Assembly: GCA_965222605.1 (NCBI GenBank)
Contig: OZ244960.1
Span: 2,400,001-2,464,000, forward strand
Reading direction: 5' to 3'
Origin: Candidatus Latescibacterota bacterium
Lineage (GTDB): Bacteria; Latescibacterota; UBA2968
DNA length: 64,000 nucleotides
Shown: in pieces, positions 39,501-49,029 of the stretch
How the letters are laid out: the number at the start of each line of letters is the position of its first letter
How positions within the stretch are numbered: position 1 is the stretch's first letter
Translations under genes and position numbers: made by a program
Notes under the pieces: generated by a model
Told to the model about the DNA's origin: nothing
The model's input: the letters and a program-made list of their open reading frames with translations, nothing else
The model's database searches: none

Positions 39501-40397
39501 GCACCGCGCAATGTGCGCGCAAGCGCTGGAATTGAGTACATTACCATCACCTGGTCGGCCAATACAGAAGCAGAACTGGCCAGGTATCGCGTAATGCGCT
39601 ATACAGACCCGGCGCAAACCGAGGCCGAAACGACCTTCACGACCGTGCATACGACTTATGTCGATTCGCCGCTGGTAGCGGAGCAGACCTATGTATATCG
39701 CGTGCAGGCGGTTGGTGTAAATAACACAGAAAGCGACCCATCGCTATTTGCCTCTGCAACGGTACTGATCGATGATATTCCACCTGCTACCCCCGGCAAT
39801 TTTGTCGCTGTTTTGGCGAGTAGTGGCACAACAATTGAGTTAATTTGGGACGCCCCCATAAGAGATGCAAATGGCGGTGCCCTGACGGGACTTGCCCGCT
39901 TTGTGATTTATCGCGCGGACCCATTGAATAATAATGTGCTGACTTATCTAACAACCGTAGATGAGACATATCGAGGATATCGAGATACGGGCCTGCAAAA
40001 CCGCACGACTTACAGGTATCAGATCTCTGCCATTGACCACCACGGCCACGAAGGTCCGCGATCACCCAGCAAGACGGTGACCACAACTGATAATATCGTT
40101 GTGCCACCATCGAACCTGCAGGCTTCTTATAATGGCAGTGTTACCGAGATCAACCTGAGTTGGACGGCTCCTGATGAATACGATAGTTTCGTGGTTCAAC
40201 GGGCAGAACTCGCCCCGGGTACTTCCAGTCAAGATTTAACAGACGGAGATTATATAGGTGTGGCAAGTTCGCATCGGTCCACTTTTTATGACGATAACGA
40301 CATTAAAAGTGGCACCATCTATGTCTATCGCGTCCGCACATATCTTTCCGGGCGGATCAGCGATCCTTCCAACATCGTAATTATCGTGGTCCCATAA
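36540..40397 (+). CDS. Fibronectin type III repeat lipoprotein (about 12 FN3 domains)
   Basis: Lipobox-like MWGC followed by RERVNPID; repeated P.N.RA...ITLTW...GY.I.R...YVD...Y.YRV.AV...S. Confidence 0.9.
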   Translation: MNHWWTRRLQVGLLGIAIILITMWGCGRERVNPIDSQYEGEGGVTLNSPGNIRAQGGIGRITLNWNPVNSTTLAGYGIWRSTSATADFVLLRGESSVPDVTTARTTFVDSTIDVSVSKIYLYKLSTVDVDGQSSELSAFVSAEVLDDTRAPAMPANLVAITDVDGKQVTLGWSAPESDEGNQELTGLSGYRIFRIKDSQGKLQIQGPETALVALATELGIDLDNLGELSDDLKDVFVELGTVPADQTYFLDTDGLEAGVLHVYVVIAVDSSGNTGPPALTLVIISAPGANLPVPAGLRATKNEQARIVISWNPVNDPNLLGYLVLRSQSTQGPFTPVTSDTLFTTGQTTYVDSLVVTDQVYFYKVQTVVQDPELGLLRSDTSTFTDGQALADQSAPGAPSDLIISLDEANFQRVMLNWTTPVTDRNGNELTGLASFEIYRSRDNNTSFALIATVSSDQMSFVDTSVELLTTYFYAIRALDQAGNAGPRSQPISVTTKGFAIPRNVRATPGVQKITLTWTANTEPELTGYEILRFADPTDETPDKTFSSVLTTYVDTPVTADRPFVYRVRAVGTANVKSELSPPVSAQANESAPVLAAPRNVQARGGIGHITITWSANTEPELTGYRVMRYTDPAQTVAEATFATVQTTYVDSPLISGQTYVYRVQAVGTNNEESERSLYASATVSADQSPPGAPSDLIVSLDEANFQRVLISWTAPTRDSNGNELTGLTSFEIYRSRDNNTSFALIAAVSSDQTSYEDTSVELLTRYFYAVKALDQADNAGPRSQPVSVTTKGFAVPRNLQATAGVQKITLTWAANTEPELTGYEILRFTDPSQETPDRIFSSVLTTYVDTPVTADQPFVYRVRAVGPSNLKSELSAFASAQAIEPPPVLAAPRNVRATAGVQQITLTWAANTEPEWTGYEILRFADPSQETPDRIFSSVLTTYVDTPVTADRPFIYRVRAVGTSNEKSELSAFVSAQAIAPPPVLAAPRNVRASAGIEYITITWSANTEAELARYRVMRYTDPAQTEAETTFTTVHTTYVDSPLVAEQTYVYRVQAVGVNNTESDPSLFASATVLIDDIPPATPGNFVAVLASSGTTIELIWDAPIRDANGGALTGLARFVIYRADPLNNNVLTYLTTVDETYRGYRDTGLQNRTTYRYQISAIDHHGHEGPRSPSKTVTTTDNIVVPPSNLQASYNGSVTEINLSWTAPDEYDSFVVQRAELAPGTSSQDLTDGDYIGVASSHRSTFYDDNDIKSGTIYVYRVRTYLSGRISDPSNIVIIVVP
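37712..39770 (+). repeat. Near-identical intragenic FN3 duplications (885-bp and 288-bp periods)
   Basis: Module order B-C-D-B'-C'-C''-D'. Antisense shadow ORFs recur at 38215/39100 (885 bp apart) and 39100/39388 (288 bp apart). Confidence 0.9.
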
Positions 40398-40410
40398 ACC
40401 AGCAGCAGAT

Positions 40411-40451
40411 AAAAAAATGGCGTTCTTCTTTTGAAGGACGCTATTTTTTTT
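40411..40451. terminator. Intrinsic terminator, possibly bidirectional
   Basis: A7-TGGCGTTCTTC-TTTT-GAAGGACGCTA-T8 directly after the FN3 gene. Confidence 0.8.
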
Positions 40452-40572
40452 ATAAAAATAGCGACAGATCGAGAGCCAACTGTCGCAACTCATGCGTCAG
40501 ATATCAGAGTCGAAAATTTTCATACTCTCTTTAACTGATTCTTTATCAACATGTTATAAAATTTGTCAACTC

Positions 40573-40588
40573 TGGCACAAAATGTGCA
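40573..40588 (+). promoter_or_regulatory. Sigma-54 (-24/-12) promoter
   Basis: TGGCAC-AAAAT-GTGCA gives GG-N10-GC, ~36 nt upstream of the activator ATG. Confidence 0.65.
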
Positions 40589-40624
40589 TGATGTCTCTTG
40601 TAAAACTTACACATTGGAGGTTTT

Positions 40625-41974
40625 ATGGGAGACATATTGGTTGTTGATGGAAACCCGCAACGCGCAATGCAATTGGCGCAACTGCTAAAAGAACTGGGCG
40701 CAAACGCGCGCATAGCTGGTTCTTTTTTTCACTGCTTGAAACGCATTGAAGAAAGAAACCCCGAACTCGTCCTTATCGCTGAAACACTCCCCGATGGACG
40801 GGGATTAAAACTGCTTCCCGTATTTGATGGCCTGTGTCCCGTAGTGATTGTGGGTGAATATATGGCATCTGATAAAATACTCGAGGCTTTGTCGTTGGGA
40901 GCGCGTGATTTTCTCGTACATCCCATTGAGCGGCAGACGCTGGATATTCTGATCTCTCAATTGCAGGTTGGGGGTAAAATCGCGCTACACTATCTGTCTC
41001 AGAATCCCAGGAACGAGTCACCGACAGGGATGGTGATTGGATCGTGTCCAGACATGTTATCTGCGCTCAAGCGCGCGGGCCTGGCAGCGCGAACATCGGC
41101 TTCGTTCCTGATTTATGGTGAAAGTGGAACAGGAAAAGAGTTGATGGCGCGAGAAATACATCGGGCTTCGGGGCGGTCAGGGGCATTTGTAGCACTCAAT
41201 TGTGCGGCAATAGCAGAAAGCATTGCCGAAAGTGAACTTTTTGGGCATGAGCGAGGAGCTTTTACCGGCGCCATAACCCGTCGAGCAGGGTGTTTTGAAC
41301 AAGCCGACGGCGGCACGCTTTTTCTCGATGAAATTGGCGAGGCTTCGCCTGCATTTCAAGCCAAGCTGTTGCGGGTGTTAGACCGCGGTGAATTTGTCAG
41401 AGTTGGCGGACAATCACCTATACAAACGCAGGTTCGGATAATTGCAGCCACCAACCGCGACCTCAATTCCATGATCGAACAAGGCGAATTTCGCCTGGAT
41501 TTGTTTTACAGGCTCAGCGCCGTGACCATATCTCTCCCCCCTCTGCGAGAACGCAGCGAAGATATTCCACACATTGTTCAAGCAATGCTAACGCGTTTGA
41601 AAACCGATACGGGCGTGGAGGTTCAAGGGGTTTCTGAAGCGGCGGTTGCATATCTGGCGGGATGTGAATGGCCGGGAAATTTACGAGAATTGCAACACGC
41701 CATTTACCGCGCAGCCCTGGCCTGTCAGAAAGGGGTAATCCGACCTGAACATCTCGATGTACTCAGGTCCACACAGTCCAGCGCACCGGACAAAATTGAA
41801 ACCCTGAATGAAATTGAGCAGGCGCATATTGAACGGGTGCTACTTACTACCGGTGGCAATCAGGGACGAGCCTGTGAGTTGCTCGGGATATCGAGACCAA
41901 CGTTGAGACGAAAAATACGCCGATACGCGTTTGAAAGAGCAAAAAATGGTCAGGTGAGTTCGACCTTGACTTAA
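40625..41974 (+). CDS. Sigma-54-dependent transcriptional activator (NtrC/AtoC family) with atypical receiver
   Basis: [37 protein letters not shown] and a Fis-type HTH. The receiver reads [11 protein letters not shown]. Confidence 0.92.
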   Translation: MGDILVVDGNPQRAMQLAQLLKELGANARIAGSFFHCLKRIEERNPELVLIAETLPDGRGLKLLPVFDGLCPVVIVGEYMASDKILEALSLGARDFLVHPIERQTLDILISQLQVGGKIALHYLSQNPRNESPTGMVIGSCPDMLSALKRAGLAARTSASFLIYGESGTGKELMAREIHRASGRSGAFVALNCAAIAESIAESELFGHERGAFTGAITRRAGCFEQADGGTLFLDEIGEASPAFQAKLLRVLDRGEFVRVGGQSPIQTQVRIIAATNRDLNSMIEQGEFRLDLFYRLSAVTISLPPLRERSEDIPHIVQAMLTRLKTDTGVEVQGVSEAAVAYLAGCEWPGNLRELQHAIYRAALACQKGVIRPEHLDVLRSTQSSAPDKIETLNEIEQAHIERVLLTTGGNQGRACELLGISRPTLRRKIRRYAFERAKNGQVSSTLT

Positions 41975-42028
41975 AAAAGAGTGCGACTCATACTATGACG
42001 AGTTCTCAATCTTTTTCAGGAGGTATTT

Positions 42029-43195
42029 ATGGGATTTCTCATTGATCTGGTCTGCACTAAAACTGACAAAGCCTATTCAAAAGACCAGCTCTGGAATTTG
42101 AGTCCAGAAGCAGATGCGCCGTTGTTTGCCCGATATGATCTCGATGCAGTTGCAAAAGCCATGCCCCGGGAAAAACTCGCAGGACGGGTACCAACAATGT
42201 GGCGTTATGCCGAAGTTTTGCCGGTAGAAGACGAGCAATTTCAGGTAAGTCTCGGCGAAGGGTTCACCCCATTGTTGCAAGCGACATCACTGGGGCGAGA
42301 AATCGGTGTGCCAAAGCTGTACATCAAAGACGAAGGCTTAAATCCGACGGGATCATTTAAAGCGCGAGGCATGTCGGCGGCAATTTCAAGAGCTGCGGAA
42401 TTGGGTGCTCAGGCCATTGCCATACCCTCGGCCGGCAATGCAGGTGGCGCAACAGCCGCTTATGCTGCGCGAGCGGGCTTGCCAGCGCATATTTTTATGC
42501 CCAAAGATGTACCACAGGCCAATTACATCGAATGCAAGGTCCTGGGCGCGCATGTTGAATTGATCGACGGTTTGATTTCAGATTGTGGAAAAATTGTGGC
42601 ATCGCGCAAAGAAGCCGAGGGATGGTTCGATATCTCGACCCTGAAAGAACCATACCGCGTGGAAGGCAAAAAAACGATGGGCTATGAATTGGCAGAACAA
42701 TTTGATTGGGAATTGCCAGAAGTCGTCATTTATCCAACCGGAGGTGGTACGGGATTGATTGGCATGTGGAAGGCATTTAACGAAATGGAACAGATGGGAT
42801 GGATTGGCTCAGAACGCCCCCGCATGATTTCCGTACAAGCGGCGGGATGCGCGCCCATTGTTCGTGCGTATCGCGCGGGAGATGCACACGCCGAACCATG
42901 GACCGATGCAGAAACAATTGCGGCAGGCCTGCGCGTCCCCGCTGCTGTAGGCGATTTTTTGATGCTAAAAGCCATACGCGACAGCGGTGGATGTGCGCTC
43001 TCCGTCACAGATGAAGAACTGATGGCATCCGCATCAAAAATGGCTGCTGCCGTGGGTTCATTTCCCGCTCCCGAAGGCGCAGCCACCCTCGCTGCTCTTG
43101 AGAAACTCATAGAACAAAATCTGGTTAGCGAGCGCGAGCGCGTCGTGCTGTTCAATACGGGGACGGGCTTAAAATACATCGAACTATTTCAATAA
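42029..43195 (+). CDS. thrC: Threonine synthase
   Basis: SLGEGFTPL, NPTGSFKARG (PLP lysine), SAGNAG, YPTGGGTG, NTGTGLKY. Confidence 0.88.
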   Translation: MGFLIDLVCTKTDKAYSKDQLWNLSPEADAPLFARYDLDAVAKAMPREKLAGRVPTMWRYAEVLPVEDEQFQVSLGEGFTPLLQATSLGREIGVPKLYIKDEGLNPTGSFKARGMSAAISRAAELGAQAIAIPSAGNAGGATAAYAARAGLPAHIFMPKDVPQANYIECKVLGAHVELIDGLISDCGKIVASRKEAEGWFDISTLKEPYRVEGKKTMGYELAEQFDWELPEVVIYPTGGGTGLIGMWKAFNEMEQMGWIGSERPRMISVQAAGCAPIVRAYRAGDAHAEPWTDAETIAAGLRVPAAVGDFLMLKAIRDSGGCALSVTDEELMASASKMAAAVGSFPAPEGAATLAALEKLIEQNLVSERERVVLFNTGTGLKYIELFQ

Positions 43196-44497
43196 GACAG
43201 CATCTGCGGCCGCGTACCCACTTCTGACAGCACCTTCAATAGTCGGCGGCAATCCGGTATCTGTCCAATCGCCTGCGAGAAACAGACGGGGGTCTGACGT
43301 CTGGGTTTTGGGCACTGCATGAGAAAATGGCAACGCGCAAGTCGCCGCGTGCTCGCATATCACTTTGGCGTGTAATACCTCGGCGCGCTGGCTTTCGGGA
43401 AAGACCTGATGGAGTTCTTTACAAGCAAGGTCAATGAGGTCATCATTTGACATGTGTAAAAGATGATGCGCCGCAGATGCAACCAGGGTGAGATAGCCCT
43501 CAGAAGCGCGGTCGTGATCGCCATAGAGCACGGGCTTGTTAAAAACCCATTCCATTGTCGTGCCGAGCAAGCCGCACAGGGGTTCACGCATGATGGGGCG
43601 ATCGAACCACAAGTTGACGGAAAGAATAGGCGATGGCTCGTATTGACAGAGCGTGTGATGGAGTTCGGCAAAGGTTTTCGCACAGATCATTCTGGCGAGC
43701 TGTAGCGGAGGAACCGCCGCAATGCACATATCTGTGTCTATCATATCTCCCGAGCGGGTATGGATGCGAACGCCCGAGGGGTTAGGCACGATGGACGTCA
43801 CGGCTGTTCCACATTGAACTTCGCCACCCCGTTTTGAAATATATTCCCGTGCGCGATTGACAAATAAGCCGCTCAGTCCCGTCCGCGCATATCCCAAACG
43901 CGCGCCATCTGGTTCTCCCCAAAAAGCTTCTCGCAGCACGGCTTGAAGATATCGAGCACTGGCATTTTGCGGTCGCTGATTGAGGGCGGCAATGCAAAGC
44001 GGATCCCAGAAGGCCTTCCGCATGCGCGATTTTTGACCGCAATGGTTGAGCCAGGCATCCACCGTGAGACGGGTATCGAGATCCTTGTGCAACTCCGCCA
44101 CAATTTTTCTCAACGGCGGAATATCTGTCCAGTGAACCGCGCCAAATCGCAAAAACCCCGATAGCAAATTCAGCGGCACGGGCAAAAAGGATGGGAACCT
44201 CAATGTGTACGCGCCATCAACAGCGTGGCGAAAGTCTATCCTGAACTGAGGTTGAAACACCACATCGTCGCGCGCACCAATCCGATCGAGAAAATCCAGA
44301 GTTTCCCGATAGCATTTCATCAACAGATGCTGCCCATTGTCAACAGTATCGCCCGTGACGGGATCTGTAAATGAAAAAGTGCGCCCCCCCAATTGTTGCC
44401 GCCGCTCCAAAAGTGTAACGGAATATCCGGCATCGCAAAGGCGGATAGCTGCTGCAAGGCCAGCAAATCCCCCCCCGATTATAGTTACGCGTTTCAC
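43184..44497 (-). CDS. hpnE: Hydroxysqualene dehydroxylase
   Basis: GGGFAGLAAA, LGGRTFSF, DNGQH, LAGDWTDTGLP.TIEGAVRSG; lies downstream of hpnC and hpnD. Confidence 0.9.
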   Translation of the reverse strand: MKRVTIIGGGFAGLAAAIRLCDAGYSVTLLERRQQLGGRTFSFTDPVTGDTVDNGQHLLMKCYRETLDFLDRIGARDDVVFQPQFRIDFRHAVDGAYTLRFPSFLPVPLNLLSGFLRFGAVHWTDIPPLRKIVAELHKDLDTRLTVDAWLNHCGQKSRMRKAFWDPLCIAALNQRPQNASARYLQAVLREAFWGEPDGARLGYARTGLSGLFVNRAREYISKRGGEVQCGTAVTSIVPNPSGVRIHTRSGDMIDTDMCIAAVPPLQLARMICAKTFAELHHTLCQYEPSPILSVNLWFDRPIMREPLCGLLGTTMEWVFNKPVLYGDHDRASEGYLTLVASAAHHLLHMSNDDLIDLACKELHQVFPESQRAEVLHAKVICEHAATCALPFSHAVPKTQTSDPRLFLAGDWTDTGLPPTIEGAVRSGYAAADAVLLK

Positions 44498-44498
44498 A

Positions 44499-45347
44499 TT
44501 ACCCCCAGGCGAGACGACTGCCCAGCCAATAGCGCAACGCAATGCCGAGTTTGTGCAAATTGTTGAGGCGAATGGGCGTATCAAAAATATCGTAGTTGGC
44601 GCGCTGGATCTTCACGAGCAACTGGGCATAAATTTTGCCCATAATCTGTGCCGAAAACATGGTAGCTCGGTCCTCGGCTGGAAGCAATTTTTCGGCTGTT
44701 TGATAGTAGGTCCACGCGCGTTGAGCTTGAAACTGCATCAGGTCGATAAACGCGGCATTATAATCTCCCTGCGCCAGTGCCCGTTCCGTATAGCCAAATC
44801 GCGCCATCTCTTCCTGAGGAATATAAATGCGGTTCTGTTGCCAATCCGTATGCACATCTCTCAGGATATTGGTGAGTTGAAGCGCGAGACCCAGATTGAC
44901 GGCGTATTCGCGGGTCTGCGGATTGCGGTGCCCAAAAATTTCAATACAAATTAACCCCACAACCGATGCGACCCGATAACAGTATTCGCTCAACTCGTCA
45001 AACGTATCATACCGATTTTTTGTCAAATCCATCTCAACACCCTCAATAAGCGCCAGAAAATGCGCTTTGGGAATGGGGAAATCCCGCAAAACAGCCTGCA
45101 GATTCTGCGCTATGGGATGGGTGGGACTGCCCTTATAGCAGGCGTGGAGTTGCTCACGCCATGCCTCGAGACGACACCGGGCTTCTTCTGGCGAAGCCGC
45201 ATCATCCACAATATCATCGGTATGCCGACTAAACGCATAAGCCGAAAAAATGGCCTCGCGTTTTTTGCGCGGCAAAAAAACAAAGGCGAAAAAAAAATTA
45301 GTTCGGGCGCCTCGCACGATTTTGGCGATATGTCTTTTCAGGTTCAT
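44499..45347 (-). CDS. hpnD: Presqualene diphosphate synthase
   Basis: YAFSRHTDDIVD, YCYRVASVVG, LQLTNILRDV, RIYIP. Confidence 0.88.
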   Translation of the reverse strand: MNLKRHIAKIVRGARTNFFFAFVFLPRKKREAIFSAYAFSRHTDDIVDDAASPEEARCRLEAWREQLHACYKGSPTHPIAQNLQAVLRDFPIPKAHFLALIEGVEMDLTKNRYDTFDELSEYCYRVASVVGLICIEIFGHRNPQTREYAVNLGLALQLTNILRDVHTDWQQNRIYIPQEEMARFGYTERALAQGDYNAAFIDLMQFQAQRAWTYYQTAEKLLPAEDRATMFSAQIMGKIYAQLLVKIQRANYDIFDTPIRLNNLHKLGIALRYWLGSRLAWG

Positions 45348-46228
45348 GAGCGAAAGCCTTTAAAAAAAAGCGTCTTGAACAACAGGGCGGGCAAATCGCG
45401 TTTTGTAACAGTGGGCCGTCGATGAAAAATATCGCAATTGTTGTCGCGAATTTTTTTCAGAATATGCATACCGCCCAAATAGGTCAATCGCAGTTCAAAA
45501 CGCAACCGCCCACTCACCATATCCAGCAGGGGAGAACCCTGCAAAAAGAGATCCCGTGTGCGGTTGATGAGATAATCCATAAGCTTGCAAAATTGCGGCG
45601 TGACGCGCTGCTCACCCAGATCTGAAATCCCGACACCAAACCGTTTGAGATCCTCCTGCGGGAGATAAATGCGACCGCGCGAAAAATCAATCGCAATATC
45701 CTGCCAAAAATTGGCGAGTTGCAGCGCGCTACATATCGCGTCAGAATGCCGCGCATAGCGCTCGCCGCGATATCCAAACAGATGGAGAATGAGTCGCCCA
45801 ACGGGATTGGCAGAAAACGTGCAATACGTCAGCAAATCCCGATATGTCTGGTGGCGATGGGTCGTCACATCCATGCGAAAAGCCGCGAGCAAATCCTTGA
45901 GCAATTGCACGGGCAGATCATGCACGCGAATCGTTTCTGCAAGTGCCGTAAATATCGGACCAACCGGATCTGAAAGACACGCATCGAGACGCGCTTCCCA
46001 CTCGGCGAGAGAGTCCAGCCGCTCCTGCACTGTCATACCCGGTTCATCGGCAAAATCATCCGCCGTGCGCGCAAACGCATAGATACTATACACATGGGGC
46101 CGCACCGATTTGGGGATAAGCACCGAGCCAACCGGAAAATTCTCATAATGCGCGCAGGTGAGTGCCTTGCAATGGGCATAAGCATCTGCAATCGCAATTC
46201 CACCGGTTTTGTATGCAGCCTGTGACAT
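45344..46228 (-). CDS. hpnC: Hydroxysqualene synthase
   Basis: HYENFPVGS, YAFARTADDFADE, SANPVGR, LQLANFWQD. Confidence 0.9.
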   Translation of the reverse strand: MSQAAYKTGGIAIADAYAHCKALTCAHYENFPVGSVLIPKSVRPHVYSIYAFARTADDFADEPGMTVQERLDSLAEWEARLDACLSDPVGPIFTALAETIRVHDLPVQLLKDLLAAFRMDVTTHRHQTYRDLLTYCTFSANPVGRLILHLFGYRGERYARHSDAICSALQLANFWQDIAIDFSRGRIYLPQEDLKRFGVGISDLGEQRVTPQFCKLMDYLINRTRDLFLQGSPLLDMVSGRLRFELRLTYLGGMHILKKIRDNNCDIFHRRPTVTKRDLPALLFKTLFFKGFRS

Positions 46229-46332
46229 AAGATGAAGATACGACAGGGGGGTGGGAAAATCAATACGTTGAATTTCGGTGTAGCCTTGCATTTTACAGTG
46301 TGCGTATGTATCTTTGCCCGCGACAATAAGAC

Positions 46333-46430
46333 GGGACGGCACGGGGACCGTCCCCTACGACGGGGTACAACTGGCCGCTCCCCAGGCCAGTTCATACCAT
46401 AGCCTGCCCCTGCATGGTTTAAGCAGGGGC
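46333..46430. repeat. GTAG-type REP plus a second hairpin
   Basis: GGGACGGCACGGGGACCGTCCCCTAC at 46333-46358 and GCCCCTGC-N9-GCAGGGGC at 46406-46430. Confidence 0.75.
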
Positions 46431-46462
46431 CGCGATGACAACCAAAACCAAAGGAAAAAATA

Positions 46463-47662
46463 ATGTTTGAAACGCTGACAATGGCCCCTGCGGATCCCAT
46501 TATCGGGTTGACTGAAACATTCAAAAATGATCCAAATCCCGACAAAATCAACCTCGGCGTTGGCGTGTACAAAGACGGCGACGGCAACACGCCGATATTT
46601 GCCTCTGTAAAAACAGCAGAAGAACGCCTACTAACACATGAAGACACCAAAAATTATCTGGGCATTGAAGGCGACGAAGCGTATAACAAAGCCGTTCGTG
46701 AACTCCTCTGGGGAGCAAATCATGAAATACTGGTCAATGGCCGCGCAGGAACAGCCCAGGCACCAGGGGGCACGGGCGCGTTGCGCATTGCCGGCGACTT
46801 TATACATCAACACTTTCCCAATGCCCGCGTGTGGCTAAGCGATCCCACCTGGGCAAATCACCCCAAAATTTTTGAATCTGCTCGCGTACCCACAGAAACC
46901 TATCGCTATTACAACCCCGCATCTTTTGGCCTGGACTTTGACGCATTGATCCAGGACCTTGGACAAATTCCCGCTGGCGATGTGGTCTTGCTACACGGGT
47001 GTTGTCACAACCCGACCGGCGTCGATCTCTCCGCCGAACAATGGGCGCAAATAGCCGATATCACAGCCGATCGCGGCATCATCCCACTCGTGGATTTTGC
47101 CTATCAGGGCCTGGGGAATGGACTTGCTGAAGACTCAGTCGGCCTCCTATCTCTCAGCCGGCCCGGCTGCGAACTCCTCGTCGCCAGTTCCTTCTCCAAA
47201 AACTTTGGCCTCTACCGCGAACGCACAGGCGCATTGACCCTCGTCGGAAAAAACGAGACCGCCGTTGAAAAAGCCATGAGCCACATCAAAATCTGCATCC
47301 GCACAAATTATTCCAACCCGCCATCGCATGGCGCACAGGCTGTCGCAACAGTCCTCAACGACCCCGACTTGCGAACACAATGGGACGGCGAAGTAAAAGC
47401 CATGCGCGACCGCATCAACGACATGCGCACCCTATTTGTGGATACCCTCGAAACAAAAGGCGTACGGCGCGATTTTTCATTTATCGCACACCAGAGGGGA
47501 ATGTTTTCATTTTCCGGATTAACCCCCGAGCAAGTAGATGCATTGCGCGAGCAATTTGCGATATACATCGTCCGTTCGGGGCGGATCAATGTGGCGGGCA
47601 TGACAAAGGATAATATTGGGCCATTGTGCGACGCGATAGCAGAAATATTGAAGGAGAAATGA
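46463..47662 (+). CDS. aspC: Aspartate/aromatic amino acid aminotransferase
   Basis: APADPIIGL, NLGVGVY, GGTGALR, HGCCHNPTG, DFAYQG, SFSKNFGLYRER, GMFSFSGL. Confidence 0.9.
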   Translation: MFETLTMAPADPIIGLTETFKNDPNPDKINLGVGVYKDGDGNTPIFASVKTAEERLLTHEDTKNYLGIEGDEAYNKAVRELLWGANHEILVNGRAGTAQAPGGTGALRIAGDFIHQHFPNARVWLSDPTWANHPKIFESARVPTETYRYYNPASFGLDFDALIQDLGQIPAGDVVLLHGCCHNPTGVDLSAEQWAQIADITADRGIIPLVDFAYQGLGNGLAEDSVGLLSLSRPGCELLVASSFSKNFGLYRERTGALTLVGKNETAVEKAMSHIKICIRTNYSNPPSHGAQAVATVLNDPDLRTQWDGEVKAMRDRINDMRTLFVDTLETKGVRRDFSFIAHQRGMFSFSGLTPEQVDALREQFAIYIVRSGRINVAGMTKDNIGPLCDAIAEILKEK

Positions 47663-48435
47663 TGACACTCAAAGATCGCGTGGCAATCGTCACCGGCGCA
47701 AGCTCTGGCATTGGGCGGGGCATTGCATTGTCACTCGCACGGGAAGGCGCGTGTGTAGCAGTGGCCGATATTCAGGAAGCACCCAAAAAGGGCATATATC
47801 ACGACACCGACCTGACCACTTCTACGGTAGAGGAAATAGAAAAACTCGGACAAAAAGGGATCTTTGTTCAAACCGACGTATCGGATGACGAAGCGGTGAG
47901 CAATCTGATCGAACGGACCGTCTCCGAATTTGGCAAATTGGACATACTAATAAACAACGCGGGCATCACAATACCCGGAGGCATTGAAGAAACAACCATT
48001 GCCGACTACGACACCGTGATGGGCGTAAATCTAAGAGCACTGTATGTCGCCAGCAAACTTGCCATACCACACCTGAAAAAACCCTCGGGAAGAATCATCC
48101 ACATCGCATCTGTACAGGCGTTCGGCGGTGGCGGCGGCCCTGCGTATGCCGCATCAAAAGCCGGCGTCGTCAACCTCACGCGAGATACCGCCCTGGAACT
48201 GGCCCCCTTTGGCGCAACCGTCAACGCGATCTGCCCGGGCTACATCGAAACGCCCATACAGGACTATCTCACACCACAGGATATTGAAGACAGCAAAGCA
48301 AAAACCCCGCTACCCCGCCTGGGCTTGCCATCAGACATCGGCAACGCCGCGGTATTCTTCGCATCAGACGCCGCCGCCTGGATCACCGGCACAGCCCTGC
48401 CCGTGGATGGTGGATGGATGGCGTCAATCTTTTAA
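47659..48435 (+). CDS. SDR-family oxidoreductase
   Basis: TGASSGIG, NNAG, YAASK, VNAICPG, ITG..LPVDGG. Confidence 0.92.
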   Translation: MMTLKDRVAIVTGASSGIGRGIALSLAREGACVAVADIQEAPKKGIYHDTDLTTSTVEEIEKLGQKGIFVQTDVSDDEAVSNLIERTVSEFGKLDILINNAGITIPGGIEETTIADYDTVMGVNLRALYVASKLAIPHLKKPSGRIIHIASVQAFGGGGGPAYAASKAGVVNLTRDTALELAPFGATVNAICPGYIETPIQDYLTPQDIEDSKAKTPLPRLGLPSDIGNAAVFFASDAAAWITGTALPVDGGWMASIF

Positions 48436-49029
48436 TTGATTACGGATGTACCCCAAACCATTAGCGAAATTTGGCAACCGTAAGCAATCGTACTTTGCCA
48501 GATCGTTTTCAATATCCGGACTCGCAAAATCTTTGTCCTGAGTAATAAAACAGCGAAGCCCCCTGGATGCTGTAGTTAGATGCTCGAAAATTGATGCATA
48601 AATGATCGAGTCCTGAGGTTCAAGATCGCGACTCTCCTGGAATTTTATCGCTTCTCTGATGATACTCAAATTTATATGTATCACGTCAACGGTCTGTAAA
48701 ATTCTCTCCAGAATCTCATCAAGTTGGGACTTCTCTTGTTCAACACTGCTGAGCAACAAGTTTGTCAGGTCTTGAAAATCCTGAGATGACTCCTGGTAAG
48801 GTCTTGAACGAGAAAGTTCGCGAATAGTCGTACTGAGTTGTTCATGCAATCCTTGTCTCTGCTTTGAGCGACGCACCCATGTCTCATACGGCTCTCCAAT
48901 ACTGAAAGCGGGTAACACCAGGAGGATATCACCTGACTCTGATAAGCTCAAGAGTTCCTCGCAACTGTCATGTTCTTCTTGAAGAAAAGCGAGTTCAAGA
49001 ACAAAATTTGATTCTACGTACACAATCAT
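48424..49029 (-). CDS. PIN-domain protein
   Basis: IVYVESNFVLE, E.YE, PQDSIIYAS, FITQDKDF: PIN acidic positions. Confidence 0.75.
   Translation of the reverse strand: MIVYVESNFVLELAFLQEEHDSCEELLSLSESGDILLVLPAFSIGEPYETWVRRSKQRQGLHEQLSTTIRELSRSRPYQESSQDFQDLTNLLLSSVEQEKSQLDEILERILQTVDVIHINLSIIREAIKFQESRDLEPQDSIIYASIFEHLTTASRGLRCFITQDKDFASPDIENDLAKYDCLRLPNFANGLGYIRNQLKD

Noticed and set aside
37712-39770. Diversity-generating retroelement template/variable repeat pair
   Set aside because: No reverse transcriptase in the window, differences do not look adenine-restricted, and all copies lie within one ORF.
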